Assembly (NCBI GenBank): GCA_036444955.1
Contig: JAZFQE010000152.1
Coordinates: forward strand, 1 to 36,873
Length of the DNA stretch: 36,873 nt
Direction: 5' to 3'
From: Gemmatimonadales bacterium
Lineage (GTDB): Bacteria > Gemmatimonadota > Gemmatimonadetes > Gemmatimonadales > GWC2-71-9
Shown here: positions 8,476-16,396 of the stretch, one piece after another
Layout of the letters: every line of letters begins with the position of its first letter
Position numbering within the stretch: position 1 is the stretch's first letter
The notes under the pieces: model-generated
Told to the model about the DNA's origin: nothing
Seen by the model: only the letters and a program-made list of their open reading frames with translations
Databases searched by the model: none
Translations under genes and position numbers: made by a program

Positions 8476-10106
8476 TGTCGTCTTTCTCCTCCGACATACC
8501 ACGACGCTATGCCGGCCAGCTCCCCTCGCAAATCCATGCGAACACCCGCGACTCGTCTGTTCATTCCCTGAACTCCGCGCGCGTGATACAACCAGACCGT
8601 GGGAATGTCGCGCGTCAGGACAGCTTGTGCCGCGTGCCACGCTTCTTCGAGCTCTACCTCTGCCGTAGCTTCGGCCGCCGCAGCCGCTACACGGGAAAAA
8701 TCAGAACCCGCGTATCCCGGATATGCGAGAGGTCCGTCGCCCTCGAACATGGCGGCGATTTGGCTCAACGACAACAGCCCCGGTACTCCAGTTACCAGCG
8801 CATCGAAGTCGCGCGCCGGACTCTGAGCTATATCGAGAAACGCACCGAGCTCCCTCTGCCGAATCGAGACGCCGATCCCTACCTTGCGTAGCTGCTCCTG
8901 CAACAGCTGCTCGAGCGCGTTGTCAGCCGTACCCACCGTGAGAATAGTGAATTCCAGTTTTCGGCCGTCGCGCTCGCGGATGCCGTTTACCCCGGGGAGC
9001 CAACCCAGACCGTCGAGAATCGCGCGCGCCGCGTCGGGGTCAAAAGTCACGTCACCTACCGGTGTGTAGTACGGGTGCTCATGTGGCACGGGTCCTTCGG
9101 CTGGTGTGCCGTAACCGTAGACGTACGCCTCAACGATCGTCTGACGGTCGATTGCCAGGGAAATAGCTTCCCTTATCTGTCTCACGCTGAACGGATTGCG
9201 GCGGAGATTCAGGACGAGCGCGTAGGAGAAGAGGAGCGGGTAGTCGAGCACTTGGAGTTCGGGGTTGTCGTTCACAAAAGTCGCGTGCGCCGGATTGATA
9301 CCGGCGAAGTCAAGCTCTCCAGATGTGAGCGCCGCCAGTTTTGTGACCGATTCGTCCACCACCACAACTACGAACCGATCTATGTTTGCTTGACCGAGAT
9401 CTGATGGAAACGACTGTGAGCGGCGGAAGACCCAACGCTGGTTGGGAATATATTCCACGAACTCAAACGGACCGTTGCCTACGGGACGGCGATTGAATTC
9501 AGAGTTGCGGATCTGCTCCGGGGCGACACCTTCAAACCTGTGTGCGGGTAAGATTGCCAGATCGGTAAAGACGTCCGGGAAAACCGGCTGACTGTGGTTG
9601 AAGTTGAGCGCGAGCGAGAAAGAATCCAGAACTTCCACGGATGCAACTGCATCGAGGTCGCGCCGGCGTGGGTACGCTACCGCTGGACGCATTGCCATTT
9701 CCAACGTCCACGCAACGTCCGATGACGTGGTCTTGACACTGTCATGCCAATAGACGTCGTCTCGCAGTTGCAGCATTAATCGGGTCCGGCCACGGCTCCA
9801 GCTCCAGCGCGCCAGACGGGGGACCGGAACAAGGGCGCTGTCGTAGGCCGCGAGTGTGAGAAAGAGGACGTGTTTTTGAACCTGCTTTGCGAGAGGATGA
9901 ACGGCTACGAGCGAGTTGATGGACTGGAGGTCAGCGCCGGATGCGAAGAAAACTGTCGCAGATGGATCCGACGCCGGCCCGATGCAGGCAGGCACCACAC
10001 ATGCGATTCCCCAACACACGCCGCGTCTTAGCTTAGTGAAGAGACTGCTATTCAGGCTAGCCCAGGCGCTCGGGTTAGTGCTCGGCGTAGTAACCCTGAC
10101 CTTCAT
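8472..10106 (-). CDS. ABC transporter substrate-binding protein, family 5 (Dpp/Opp/Nik type)
   Basis: The length and sequence character fit family-5 binding proteins. It has a signal-peptide-like KLRRGVCWGIACVVPAC segment with a possible lipobox Cys. The start is uncertain. Options are ATG 10106 (used here), GTG 10019, or the maximal ORF start at 10232. Confidence 0.75.
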   Translation of the reverse strand: MKVRVTTPSTNPSAWASLNSSLFTKLRRGVCWGIACVVPACIGPASDPSATVFFASGADLQSINSLVAVHPLAKQVQKHVLFLTLAAYDSALVPVPRLARWSWSRGRTRLMLQLRDDVYWHDSVKTTSSDVAWTLEMAMRPAVAYPRRRDLDAVASVEVLDSFSLALNFNHSQPVFPDVFTDLAILPAHRFEGVAPEQIRNSEFNRRPVGNGPFEFVEYIPNQRWVFRRSQSFPSDLGQANIDRFVVVVVDESVTKLAALTSGELDFAGINPAHATFVNDNPELQVLDYPLLFSYALVLNLRRNPFSVRQIREAISLAIDRQTIVEAYVYGYGTPAEGPVPHEHPYYTPVGDVTFDPDAARAILDGLGWLPGVNGIRERDGRKLEFTILTVGTADNALEQLLQEQLRKVGIGVSIRQRELGAFLDIAQSPARDFDALVTGVPGLLSLSQIAAMFEGDGPLAYPGYAGSDFSRVAAAAAEATAEVELEEAWHAAQAVLTRDIPTVWLYHARGVQGMNRRVAGVRMDLRGELAGIASWYVGGERRH

Positions 10107-11028
10107 TCTGATCAATTTAGCTCCGGGCGACCCCGCCCGGCTGTGGGTCGGACCGGCCGCGGGCGCTGAGGAACTGGAGGGCGCGCGGCACGCACTCGGC
10201 CTCGACCGATCGCTCTGGGTCAGGTACTTCACTTGGATGATCGGATTCGTTACCGGTCAATGGGGCACTAGCATAGCCCAACAGCGTCCGGTCACTGAAG
10301 TGCTCAGCGGCGCGGTCCCCCACACTCTGCTGCTTACGGTCACCTCGCTTCTGCTTACCTATATCATCGGAATAGCCGTTGGAAGCATCCAGGCAATCAA
10401 CAACAGAACCAGGCTCGACACCGGCCTCACAGTGTTCAATCTTCTCGTGTATGGTATGCCGGCCTACTGGCTGGCGATTATGCTGGTGCTGGTATTCTCC
10501 TACCATGCTCCTCTCCACGGGTGGCCAGAGTGGCTACGGCTACCGGCTATGGGAGTCTCTTCCCTCAATGCCGACTTCCTCGGACCGTGGCACGCATTCG
10601 TCGACCGACTCAGGCACGCCGCCCTGCCGCTAATAACGCTGACCGCGATTGGAGCGGCGGGCACGTCGCGCTTCGTTCGAAACAGCCTGCTCGACGTGCG
10701 TCGCCTCGACTTTGTGCTCACCGCCCGCGCGAAAGGAATGCGGACACTTGGGATAGAGATCAAGCACGTTCTCCGCAACGGCCTTCTTCCCATCGTCACG
10801 CTGCTCGGCCTCTCGCTTCCGGCACTCTTCTCGGGAACCGTATTCGTCGAAGTGATCTTTGCCTGGCCCGGCATGGGAAGAGAGATGGTTGCCGCGGTAC
10901 TGGCAAGGGATTACCCGGTGATAATGGCGACGACAGCCATCTATGCTGCGTTGGTCGTTGCCGGCAACATGCTGGCGGACTTTTTATATGGCGTCGCCGA
11001 TCCCAGGACCAGGAACTCCGCTTCGTGA
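10036..11028 (+). CDS. ABC transporter permease, DppB/OppB-like
   Basis: Starting at GTG 10036 gives MKRLLFRLAQALGLVLGVVTLTFILINLAPGDPA, the canonical DppB-type N-terminus. The C-terminus is DFLYGVADPRTR. The maximal ORF starts at 9916. Confidence 0.85.
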   Translation: MKRLLFRLAQALGLVLGVVTLTFILINLAPGDPARLWVGPAAGAEELEGARHALGLDRSLWVRYFTWMIGFVTGQWGTSIAQQRPVTEVLSGAVPHTLLLTVTSLLLTYIIGIAVGSIQAINNRTRLDTGLTVFNLLVYGMPAYWLAIMLVLVFSYHAPLHGWPEWLRLPAMGVSSLNADFLGPWHAFVDRLRHAALPLITLTAIGAAGTSRFVRNSLLDVRRLDFVLTARAKGMRTLGIEIKHVLRNGLLPIVTLLGLSLPALFSGTVFVEVIFAWPGMGREMVAAVLARDYPVIMATTAIYAALVVAGNMLADFLYGVADPRTRNSAS

Positions 11029-11879
11029 GCCCACTTAAGAAGCTACTCAGAGACAGGCGGTCGCTTGCCGGCGCTGCGATTTTGGGCGTGATGGCGCTTG
11101 CCGCGGTGATGGCGCCAGTCATCGCGCCGGCCGACCCAATCGCCCAGGGCGACGTGATCGCCAACAGGTTCTTGTCACCGCTGGAGAGCGGCGGTGACGG
11201 GATCGTTCATTGGCTGGGGACGGATCGGTATGGGAGAGATATTCTCAGCCGACTGATTTTCGGGGCGCGGATCTCACTCTCAGTCGGCCTTCTCTCCGTT
11301 ACCGTTGCAATAGTGCTGGGTGTAGCGATAGGTGTAACCGCTGCAGCTTTCGGCGGGGCGATCGAGCGGGCATTGATGGTGCTGACGGACGTGTTCCTCG
11401 CGTTGCCGAGACTGGTCCTACTGTTGACGCTCGTGACTATCTGGGATTCAAGTCTCTTGCTTGTCGTGCTGGTGCTGGGATTCACCGGATGGATGAGCAT
11501 CGCGCGTCTGGTCAGAGCCGAAGTCCGTTCACTGCTGTCACGCCCATTCGTGGATGCCGCGCGCGCGGGCGGTATCTCGTTAAACCATCTAGTTTGGCAT
11601 CACCTGATTCCCAACTCAGTGACGCCCGTGTTCGTCGCGGCGGCACTCTCAGTCGGCAACGCGATCGCGCTCGAAGCGGGTCTGTCTTTCTTGGGATTGG
11701 GGATTCCTCACCCTGCTCCGTCCTGGGGCAACATGATAGCGGCAGGCAGGGACGCACTGGTCAACGCTCCGTGGATATCGGTTTTCCCGGGTCTGTGCGT
11801 GGCCCTAGCTGTTATCGCGTGCAACCTGTTGGGTGACGGGGCGCGGGATGCACTGGATCCGCGGAGTCCGACCTTCTAA
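11025..11879 (+). CDS. ABC transporter permease, DppC/OppC-like
   Basis: The GTG start at 11025 overlaps the dppB-like stop (GTGA). The N-terminus is SPLKKLLRDRRSLAGAAILGVMALAAVMAPVIAP and the C-terminus is NLLGDGARDALDPR. The first 168 codons of track ORF 10521..11879 lie in an alternative frame of the upstream gene, so I discarded them. Confidence 0.85.
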   Translation: MSPLKKLLRDRRSLAGAAILGVMALAAVMAPVIAPADPIAQGDVIANRFLSPLESGGDGIVHWLGTDRYGRDILSRLIFGARISLSVGLLSVTVAIVLGVAIGVTAAAFGGAIERALMVLTDVFLALPRLVLLLTLVTIWDSSLLLVVLVLGFTGWMSIARLVRAEVRSLLSRPFVDAARAGGISLNHLVWHHLIPNSVTPVFVAAALSVGNAIALEAGLSFLGLGIPHPAPSWGNMIAAGRDALVNAPWISVFPGLCVALAVIACNLLGDGARDALDPRSPTF

Positions 11880-13930
11880 CGAACCCCCAACACCCTGCGG
11901 ACCGAATCGGGTAGGATGGGAACTAACTGCCTGATGGGCACTGCAAAACCCAACCCCGCACTCTCGGAGAGTCCGGAATGGTGAACCGCTACAACCTCAC
12001 CATCGGCGTTGAATATGGGACTACCACTGGAGCCACCCACCGTAAATCCGTCAAACTGAATTTCGTCTCGTGTCACCTTGCTAAAGATTCCCGCGCTCAT
12101 TGATGTCCGGACAGTTTGCGACTCGTCCAACGCCGTTGACGCACCTGCCGGGAATCCTATCAGCGCCGCGGATCCACCCTGGCTCGCTCGAGTGCCCGAC
12201 CAGTCTATCCTCTCCATGTAGGGTCCGCTGTAATTCCTCATATGGAGCAGGGCCAGGTCGGGACCGTCTTGCGACGCTACGTTGATTATTCGCATCTGGC
12301 GCATGAAGCGCTGGTCCGCCATGGCGACGAACACAGAATCCGCCCTACGTCCGTTCGGCATCGCCACATGCCGATTGGTGACAAAATACCCCGATTCGGA
12401 GATCATGAACCCGGAACCGTGGAAAAAGTTTCTCCTGGAGTAGGCCGTTACCAGCCCCACCGCCGCTTGGTTCGCCTGAGAGACGGCCGCCAGATCGACT
12501 CCCCTGACAGCTCTTATTCTGCCCTCAATCCCCGAAACCTGCTGCTCAGCAGAGGCGATCGCCTGCCTCAGGCTGTCGAGCTGCGAAACCGATACGCGAC
12601 TTGCGTTGGCGTCTCGTAGCTCGCTCCTCAACCTCGATAGCTCGGTTGCAGCGTCCTGTCTGATTGCCTCGCCGGCCGCAAGTTGCTCGGCCATTGACGC
12701 CTGCGCCCGAATCAGCGCCCCCGCCAGATCGGTGGTGCGCTGAGTGGCCGCCTCCAATTCCTGCCGCAGACTGTCGAGCATGGCCGTGGGCGCCGCGTTC
12801 GCCCGCGCTTCTTCCAGCTGAAGGCTCAGCCGTTCCCTCTCTTCCGCCGCCGCGCGACCCAGCGAATCGGACGCTTGACGCTGTGCTATTAGCTCGCGTC
12901 GCTGCTCTTCCAACGCGGCAATGGTCTCCCCTACTCTCAACTCGCTGTACCAGTAAACCCCGGCAACCGAACTCCCCAACAGGATCACAAACCCATACAC
13001 CAGCTTCCTCGTCCGGCCAGCAGTCCGGCGCGATGCCTCGGCCACCAACTGTTTCATGAAAACGGTGGCACCCCGTCCGCCGAAACTTCTTCGCGGGTCT
13101 TGGGGAGGGAGAGGAGGAACGGAGTCGTCGGCAACCTCAGCCGATTCGCTGCCTACCGACGGTGGTAGCTTTCTCTCCGGAAGGTCGAGCGAGGCCACGA
13201 GAAGCTCCGGGCCGCCATCTCCGAGAGTCACCGAATCACCCATCCGCAGCGGGTGCTCTCCCTTGAGATCCCGCCCGTTGACCTGTGTTCCGTTGCGGCT
13301 CCGCGCGTCCACAATAACACACCTGCCGTCCGGCTTGAGCACTATTTCGGCGTGCACGCGCGAGACCGAAGTGTCACCCGAACTTACCGGGCGCACCTCA
13401 CACTCCATGCCGCGCCCAATACGAATCCGACCACCACTGGCCTTGTAGGACTTACCGGTTCGCTGTTCTTCGAGGACGATAGTTGCTGTGGGAGAGGCCG
13501 GAGTCCCTTCTTCTTCAGCTGCTTGGAGCGATGACTCCTCTGAAACGGCCTCCATGGGAGCTGTCTTGTCGATCGGCGAGGCGATGGCATGCTCGGCAAC
13601 GGTCGGCGCCACCAAACGTGTCGAAACTTCGTCTATCCGGAACCGCGGACCTGCTTCGCCGAGCCGTATGACACTCCCCACCGCAAGAAACCGGGGCGAA
13701 TCCGGCGGAACCTTCGCCTCGTCCAGATAAGTTCCGTTGCGGCTGCCGAGGTCCTCGAGCAACCACTTTCCCTCCTGAACGACAAGGCGTGCGTGCGTCG
13801 TGGATACGACTTCGCTGCCGGGTCCGGATATACAGAGAGAGAGATCAGGATGGCGGCCGATCTTGACCTCCGCAATCTCGAACCTCTGCGATTCTCCGGT
13901 ACTGAGATTTGTCAGACGAATGAGCGGCAT
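11876..13930 (-). CDS. Membrane protein with two FHA domains, one TM helix, a coiled coil and a trypsin-like serine protease domain
   Basis: FHA 1 shows IGRHPD...STTHARL...GSRNGTY. FHA 2 shows IGRGME...SRVHAEI...RSRNGTQ. The TM helix is LVYGFVILLGSSVAGVYWY (aa 309-328). An Ala/Glu/Arg/Gln-rich segment spans aa ~330-480. The protease triad candidates are TNRHV (His521), DLALL (Asp558) and GGSSGSP (Ser635). Confidence 0.8.
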   Translation of the reverse strand: MPLIRLTNLSTGESQRFEIAEVKIGRHPDLSLCISGPGSEVVSTTHARLVVQEGKWLLEDLGSRNGTYLDEAKVPPDSPRFLAVGSVIRLGEAGPRFRIDEVSTRLVAPTVAEHAIASPIDKTAPMEAVSEESSLQAAEEEGTPASPTATIVLEEQRTGKSYKASGGRIRIGRGMECEVRPVSSGDTSVSRVHAEIVLKPDGRCVIVDARSRNGTQVNGRDLKGEHPLRMGDSVTLGDGGPELLVASLDLPERKLPPSVGSESAEVADDSVPPLPPQDPRRSFGGRGATVFMKQLVAEASRRTAGRTRKLVYGFVILLGSSVAGVYWYSELRVGETIAALEEQRRELIAQRQASDSLGRAAAEERERLSLQLEEARANAAPTAMLDSLRQELEAATQRTTDLAGALIRAQASMAEQLAAGEAIRQDAATELSRLRSELRDANASRVSVSQLDSLRQAIASAEQQVSGIEGRIRAVRGVDLAAVSQANQAAVGLVTAYSRRNFFHGSGFMISESGYFVTNRHVAMPNGRRADSVFVAMADQRFMRQMRIINVASQDGPDLALLHMRNYSGPYMERIDWSGTRASQGGSAALIGFPAGASTALDESQTVRTSMSAGIFSKVTRDEIQFDGFTVGGSSGSPIFNADGEVVAVHHSGLSESAGLGFAVPIRQLVPILPDSVRRVLGVR

Positions 13931-14225
13931 AGGAGCTGCGCAGCGAATGTCTGTGGTTAGCGGTGCCCTATTATCTTACGCTCTGAACTCGAAGGGCGCC
14001 GAGACAATCTTACTTTCATGGTTACGAAACAGCAAACGCACGTGGGAGCGGACCAAACCGCGGAGTCTAGCGGGGGTGTTGCAACGGGGAGCGGCGGCAC
14101 GGGTCGACAAGCGTTTCAATTCCGCCGCCGAGTACTCCGAGGAACTGGCCAAAGTGGTGGCCAACCTGGGCGGCGCCGACGTGGATGGTCGAGCGCACGT
14201 TTGAGGTTTGAGCGTTCAAGTGCGT

Positions 14226-14918
14226 ATGAGTGACGGTAGCGAAAAGAGAGTGGAGCGCGTCCAGGCCGTCTTCGACGAGTGGGCCTCTGCGGGAAGAGCG
14301 GACAGCATGGCCGACTCACACGCTCCGTTCGCCAGAATAGCATTCAAAAAGCTCCGGCTGCATCCCAGATCATCTTATCTGGACATTGGATGTGGCAACG
14401 GGTACACCGTCAGGTGGGCGGCGTCTGCATCGCCGGAGGGACGATGCGTGGGCATTGACACCTCCAGTGAGATGGTGGCGCTCGCAACCGGATTGTCCCA
14501 ACAGTACGCGAACGTGGAGTTCATTCACTCCTCATTTCCCTACAGGCGTTTCGAAGAGAACAGTTTCGATGCGGTCTTCTCCATGGAGGCGTTTTACTAC
14601 TTGCCCGACCTACCCGAGTCGGCTCGCGAGGTAAGTCACATTCTCAAACCAGGTGGTTGCTTCGCATGTATGGTGGACTACTACACCGAAAACACCGTCA
14701 GTCACACCTGGCCGAGCGATGTGGGCGTGCACATGGAGCTGTTGGATGAGATCGGGTGGAGAACACTGATGGAGGATGCCGAACTGAGGGTGGCCGAGCA
14801 GTGCCGCGTCACGCTTCCTCGGGAAACCCTACGCGACGAAGAGCCGGGTCACGAAGTGGCGGACTGGAAAGTTACGGAAGGGTCGCTTCTGACGCTGTCC
14901 CGCAAACCCGCTCAATAG
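14226..14918 (+). CDS. Class I SAM-dependent methyltransferase
   Basis: SAM-binding motif I is present (YLDIGCGNGY), as is the post-I acidic residue (VGIDTS). It also has LKPGG. I chose the ATG at 14226 (MSDGSEKRVERVQAVFDEW). The maximal ORF begins at TTG 14208. Confidence 0.8.
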   Translation: MSDGSEKRVERVQAVFDEWASAGRADSMADSHAPFARIAFKKLRLHPRSSYLDIGCGNGYTVRWAASASPEGRCVGIDTSSEMVALATGLSQQYANVEFIHSSFPYRRFEENSFDAVFSMEAFYYLPDLPESAREVSHILKPGGCFACMVDYYTENTVSHTWPSDVGVHMELLDEIGWRTLMEDAELRVAEQCRVTLPRETLRDEEPGHEVADWKVTEGSLLTLSRKPAQ

Positions 14919-15032
14919 AACCGGGGAGATTCGTCACTGGAACCTCCTTCAGGCACAAGGGAATACTTACCAGCATAAACCGAACACCGCTAACCTAGAG
15001 CGGCCAAGTAGTTCCACCTGGCGTGCGGCCGC

Positions 15033-15902
15033 TTGGATATGTTACAGGCCATGAACGCGGCGCACGCCGACGGTACCCAGCCAGTCAGCTCAACAGATGC
15101 TCAACCGGTAGTCTTGTTGCTGCCCGGCATGAGCCTCAACGAGACCATCTTTCCAAAGCTTCCCTTCCCCACGATCTCGTGCGACTACAACGGCGTCATC
15201 CTACCCGGCGGAGGCTCCGAGCCGGCTGACGACAAGCTGGCCGCCTACAGGCACGTCCTCTCAAACCAACTACGCAGCGATCGGCGATGGCGTTTCGCCA
15301 GACGCAGAATCGTGGTTGGTCACAGCTTCGGGGGCATGTTGGCCCTCGATTGGCTGACACGTCACGAAACCGCCGCCGAAATCCAAGTTGACGGACTTGT
15401 GCTGATCTCTGCTACTGGAGGAAGGGTTTTCGACGCTATAAAGCTTCGGTTGTTTGGGATCAGGCGGACGGAAATGAGGGTACCGGTGAAGTGGATAGTG
15501 CAATTTTGGACCCGGCCGACGATCATGCGGGCGATGAAGCGCTTGACTTGCCGCGGTAGTCTCGCCGTTGGTCGGGTCGATTTCGGCGCACTTGAGGCGA
15601 AGTCCGATCTAGCGATCGGTTTGGCCGGATGGCGCAACACTGACTGGCGCGCAATGCGTTCCTACCGCCTGGCTATGGACGGTTTTGATGTGACAGACTC
15701 GCTATTCAGACTAACCGTGCCCACAGTTGTCTTGCACGGTTCGAGAGATTCGCTGTTACCTGTGTCTGAGGGAAGAAAGCTCGCGGAAGCGTTACCGCAC
15801 GCAGAGTTTCGGGTGGTGGAGGAAGCGGGGCACGTGCTGCCCCTAACTCACGGTGGGGAGGTTGAGCGCTCGGTCAATCAGCTTCTTGAGATCCCTGTTT
15901 AG
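15033..15902 (+). CDS. Alpha/beta-fold hydrolase
   Basis: The nucleophile elbow is GHSFGG. Candidate Asp is HGSRDSLLP and candidate His is EAGHVLPL. The maximal ORF starts at TTG 15033. ATG 15039 and ATG 15051 are alternative starts. Confidence 0.75.
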   Translation: MDMLQAMNAAHADGTQPVSSTDAQPVVLLLPGMSLNETIFPKLPFPTISCDYNGVILPGGGSEPADDKLAAYRHVLSNQLRSDRRWRFARRRIVVGHSFGGMLALDWLTRHETAAEIQVDGLVLISATGGRVFDAIKLRLFGIRRTEMRVPVKWIVQFWTRPTIMRAMKRLTCRGSLAVGRVDFGALEAKSDLAIGLAGWRNTDWRAMRSYRLAMDGFDVTDSLFRLTVPTVVLHGSRDSLLPVSEGRKLAEALPHAEFRVVEEAGHVLPLTHGGEVERSVNQLLEIPV

Positions 15903-16233
15903 ACTCTTCTGCCCGAACCGTCTTGGTCGCCCGCTCTAACGCCGCGTAAATCCTCCCAACCAACTCTCGAAAGCTGCGCGCCTTGGTATGCTGATTGCCA
16001 CCTGGCCTGGCGATCTGAGCAATCTGTTTGGCGCTATCCGCTATGACACCGAAGCCCCCCGTCAGCAACACTCTGGAAACGTCAGTCGCGGTGCGCCGCA
16101 TTGGTATTAGGAGGACATCCTGACCGCGTTTCGCCACCGCATATTGTTCCACGAACCCGCGAATTCTATCCATTTTGCGCGTGGCTTCCTCAATCGCTTC
16201 CATCTTGAGCATGCCCTTGGGACTAAGTTTCAT
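15874..16233 (-). CDS. Hypothetical protein (about 119 aa, predicted helical, no recognisable motif)
   Basis: The ORF shows GC-rich third positions. I chose ATG 16233 (MKLSPKGMLKMEAIEEATRKMDRIRGFVEQY). The maximal ORF reaches 16314. Its 3' end overlaps the convergent hydrolase gene by 29 nt. I could not assign a family. Confidence 0.45.
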   Translation of the reverse strand: MKLSPKGMLKMEAIEEATRKMDRIRGFVEQYAVAKRGQDVLLIPMRRTATDVSRVLLTGGFGVIADSAKQIAQIARPGGNQHTKARSFRELVGRIYAALERATKTVRAEESKQGSQEAD

Positions 16234-16396
16234 TGCCACGGGAACCGTCCTGCAACAAAAAGGTGAGGAATAACTGACAGCTATGAATATCTCGGCCCTA
16301 CGGCGGAAACTCAAGCCGCCGTCTGTCCCGGTAGATTGAACACCATCTAGCAGTTACAATTGAACGGCTCAAAACGATCGCACAGGTCCGGCACTA

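Noticed and set aside
8476-8640. 5' extension of the GHMP kinase ORF (395-aa version)
   Set aside because: It overlaps the 3' end of the binding-protein gene. The GHMP fold begins at IVTTRAPVRIDFAGG, and a TTG with a good Shine-Dalgarno sequence sits exactly there.
10521-11024. 5' extension of the dppC-like ORF (452-aa version)
   Set aside because: The first 168 codons lie in an alternative frame of the dppB-like gene and encode Arg/Pro-rich sequence. A GTG at 11025 overlapping the upstream stop gives a canonical DppC N-terminus.
16300-16322. GC-rich inverted repeat ACGGCGG-9 nt-CCGCCGT in the divergent region between the orphan ORF and the membrane hydrolase gene
   Set aside because: It has no U-tract on either strand, so it is not a convincing terminator. 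It could be an operator, but with a single copy and no regulator gene nearby I cannot support that.
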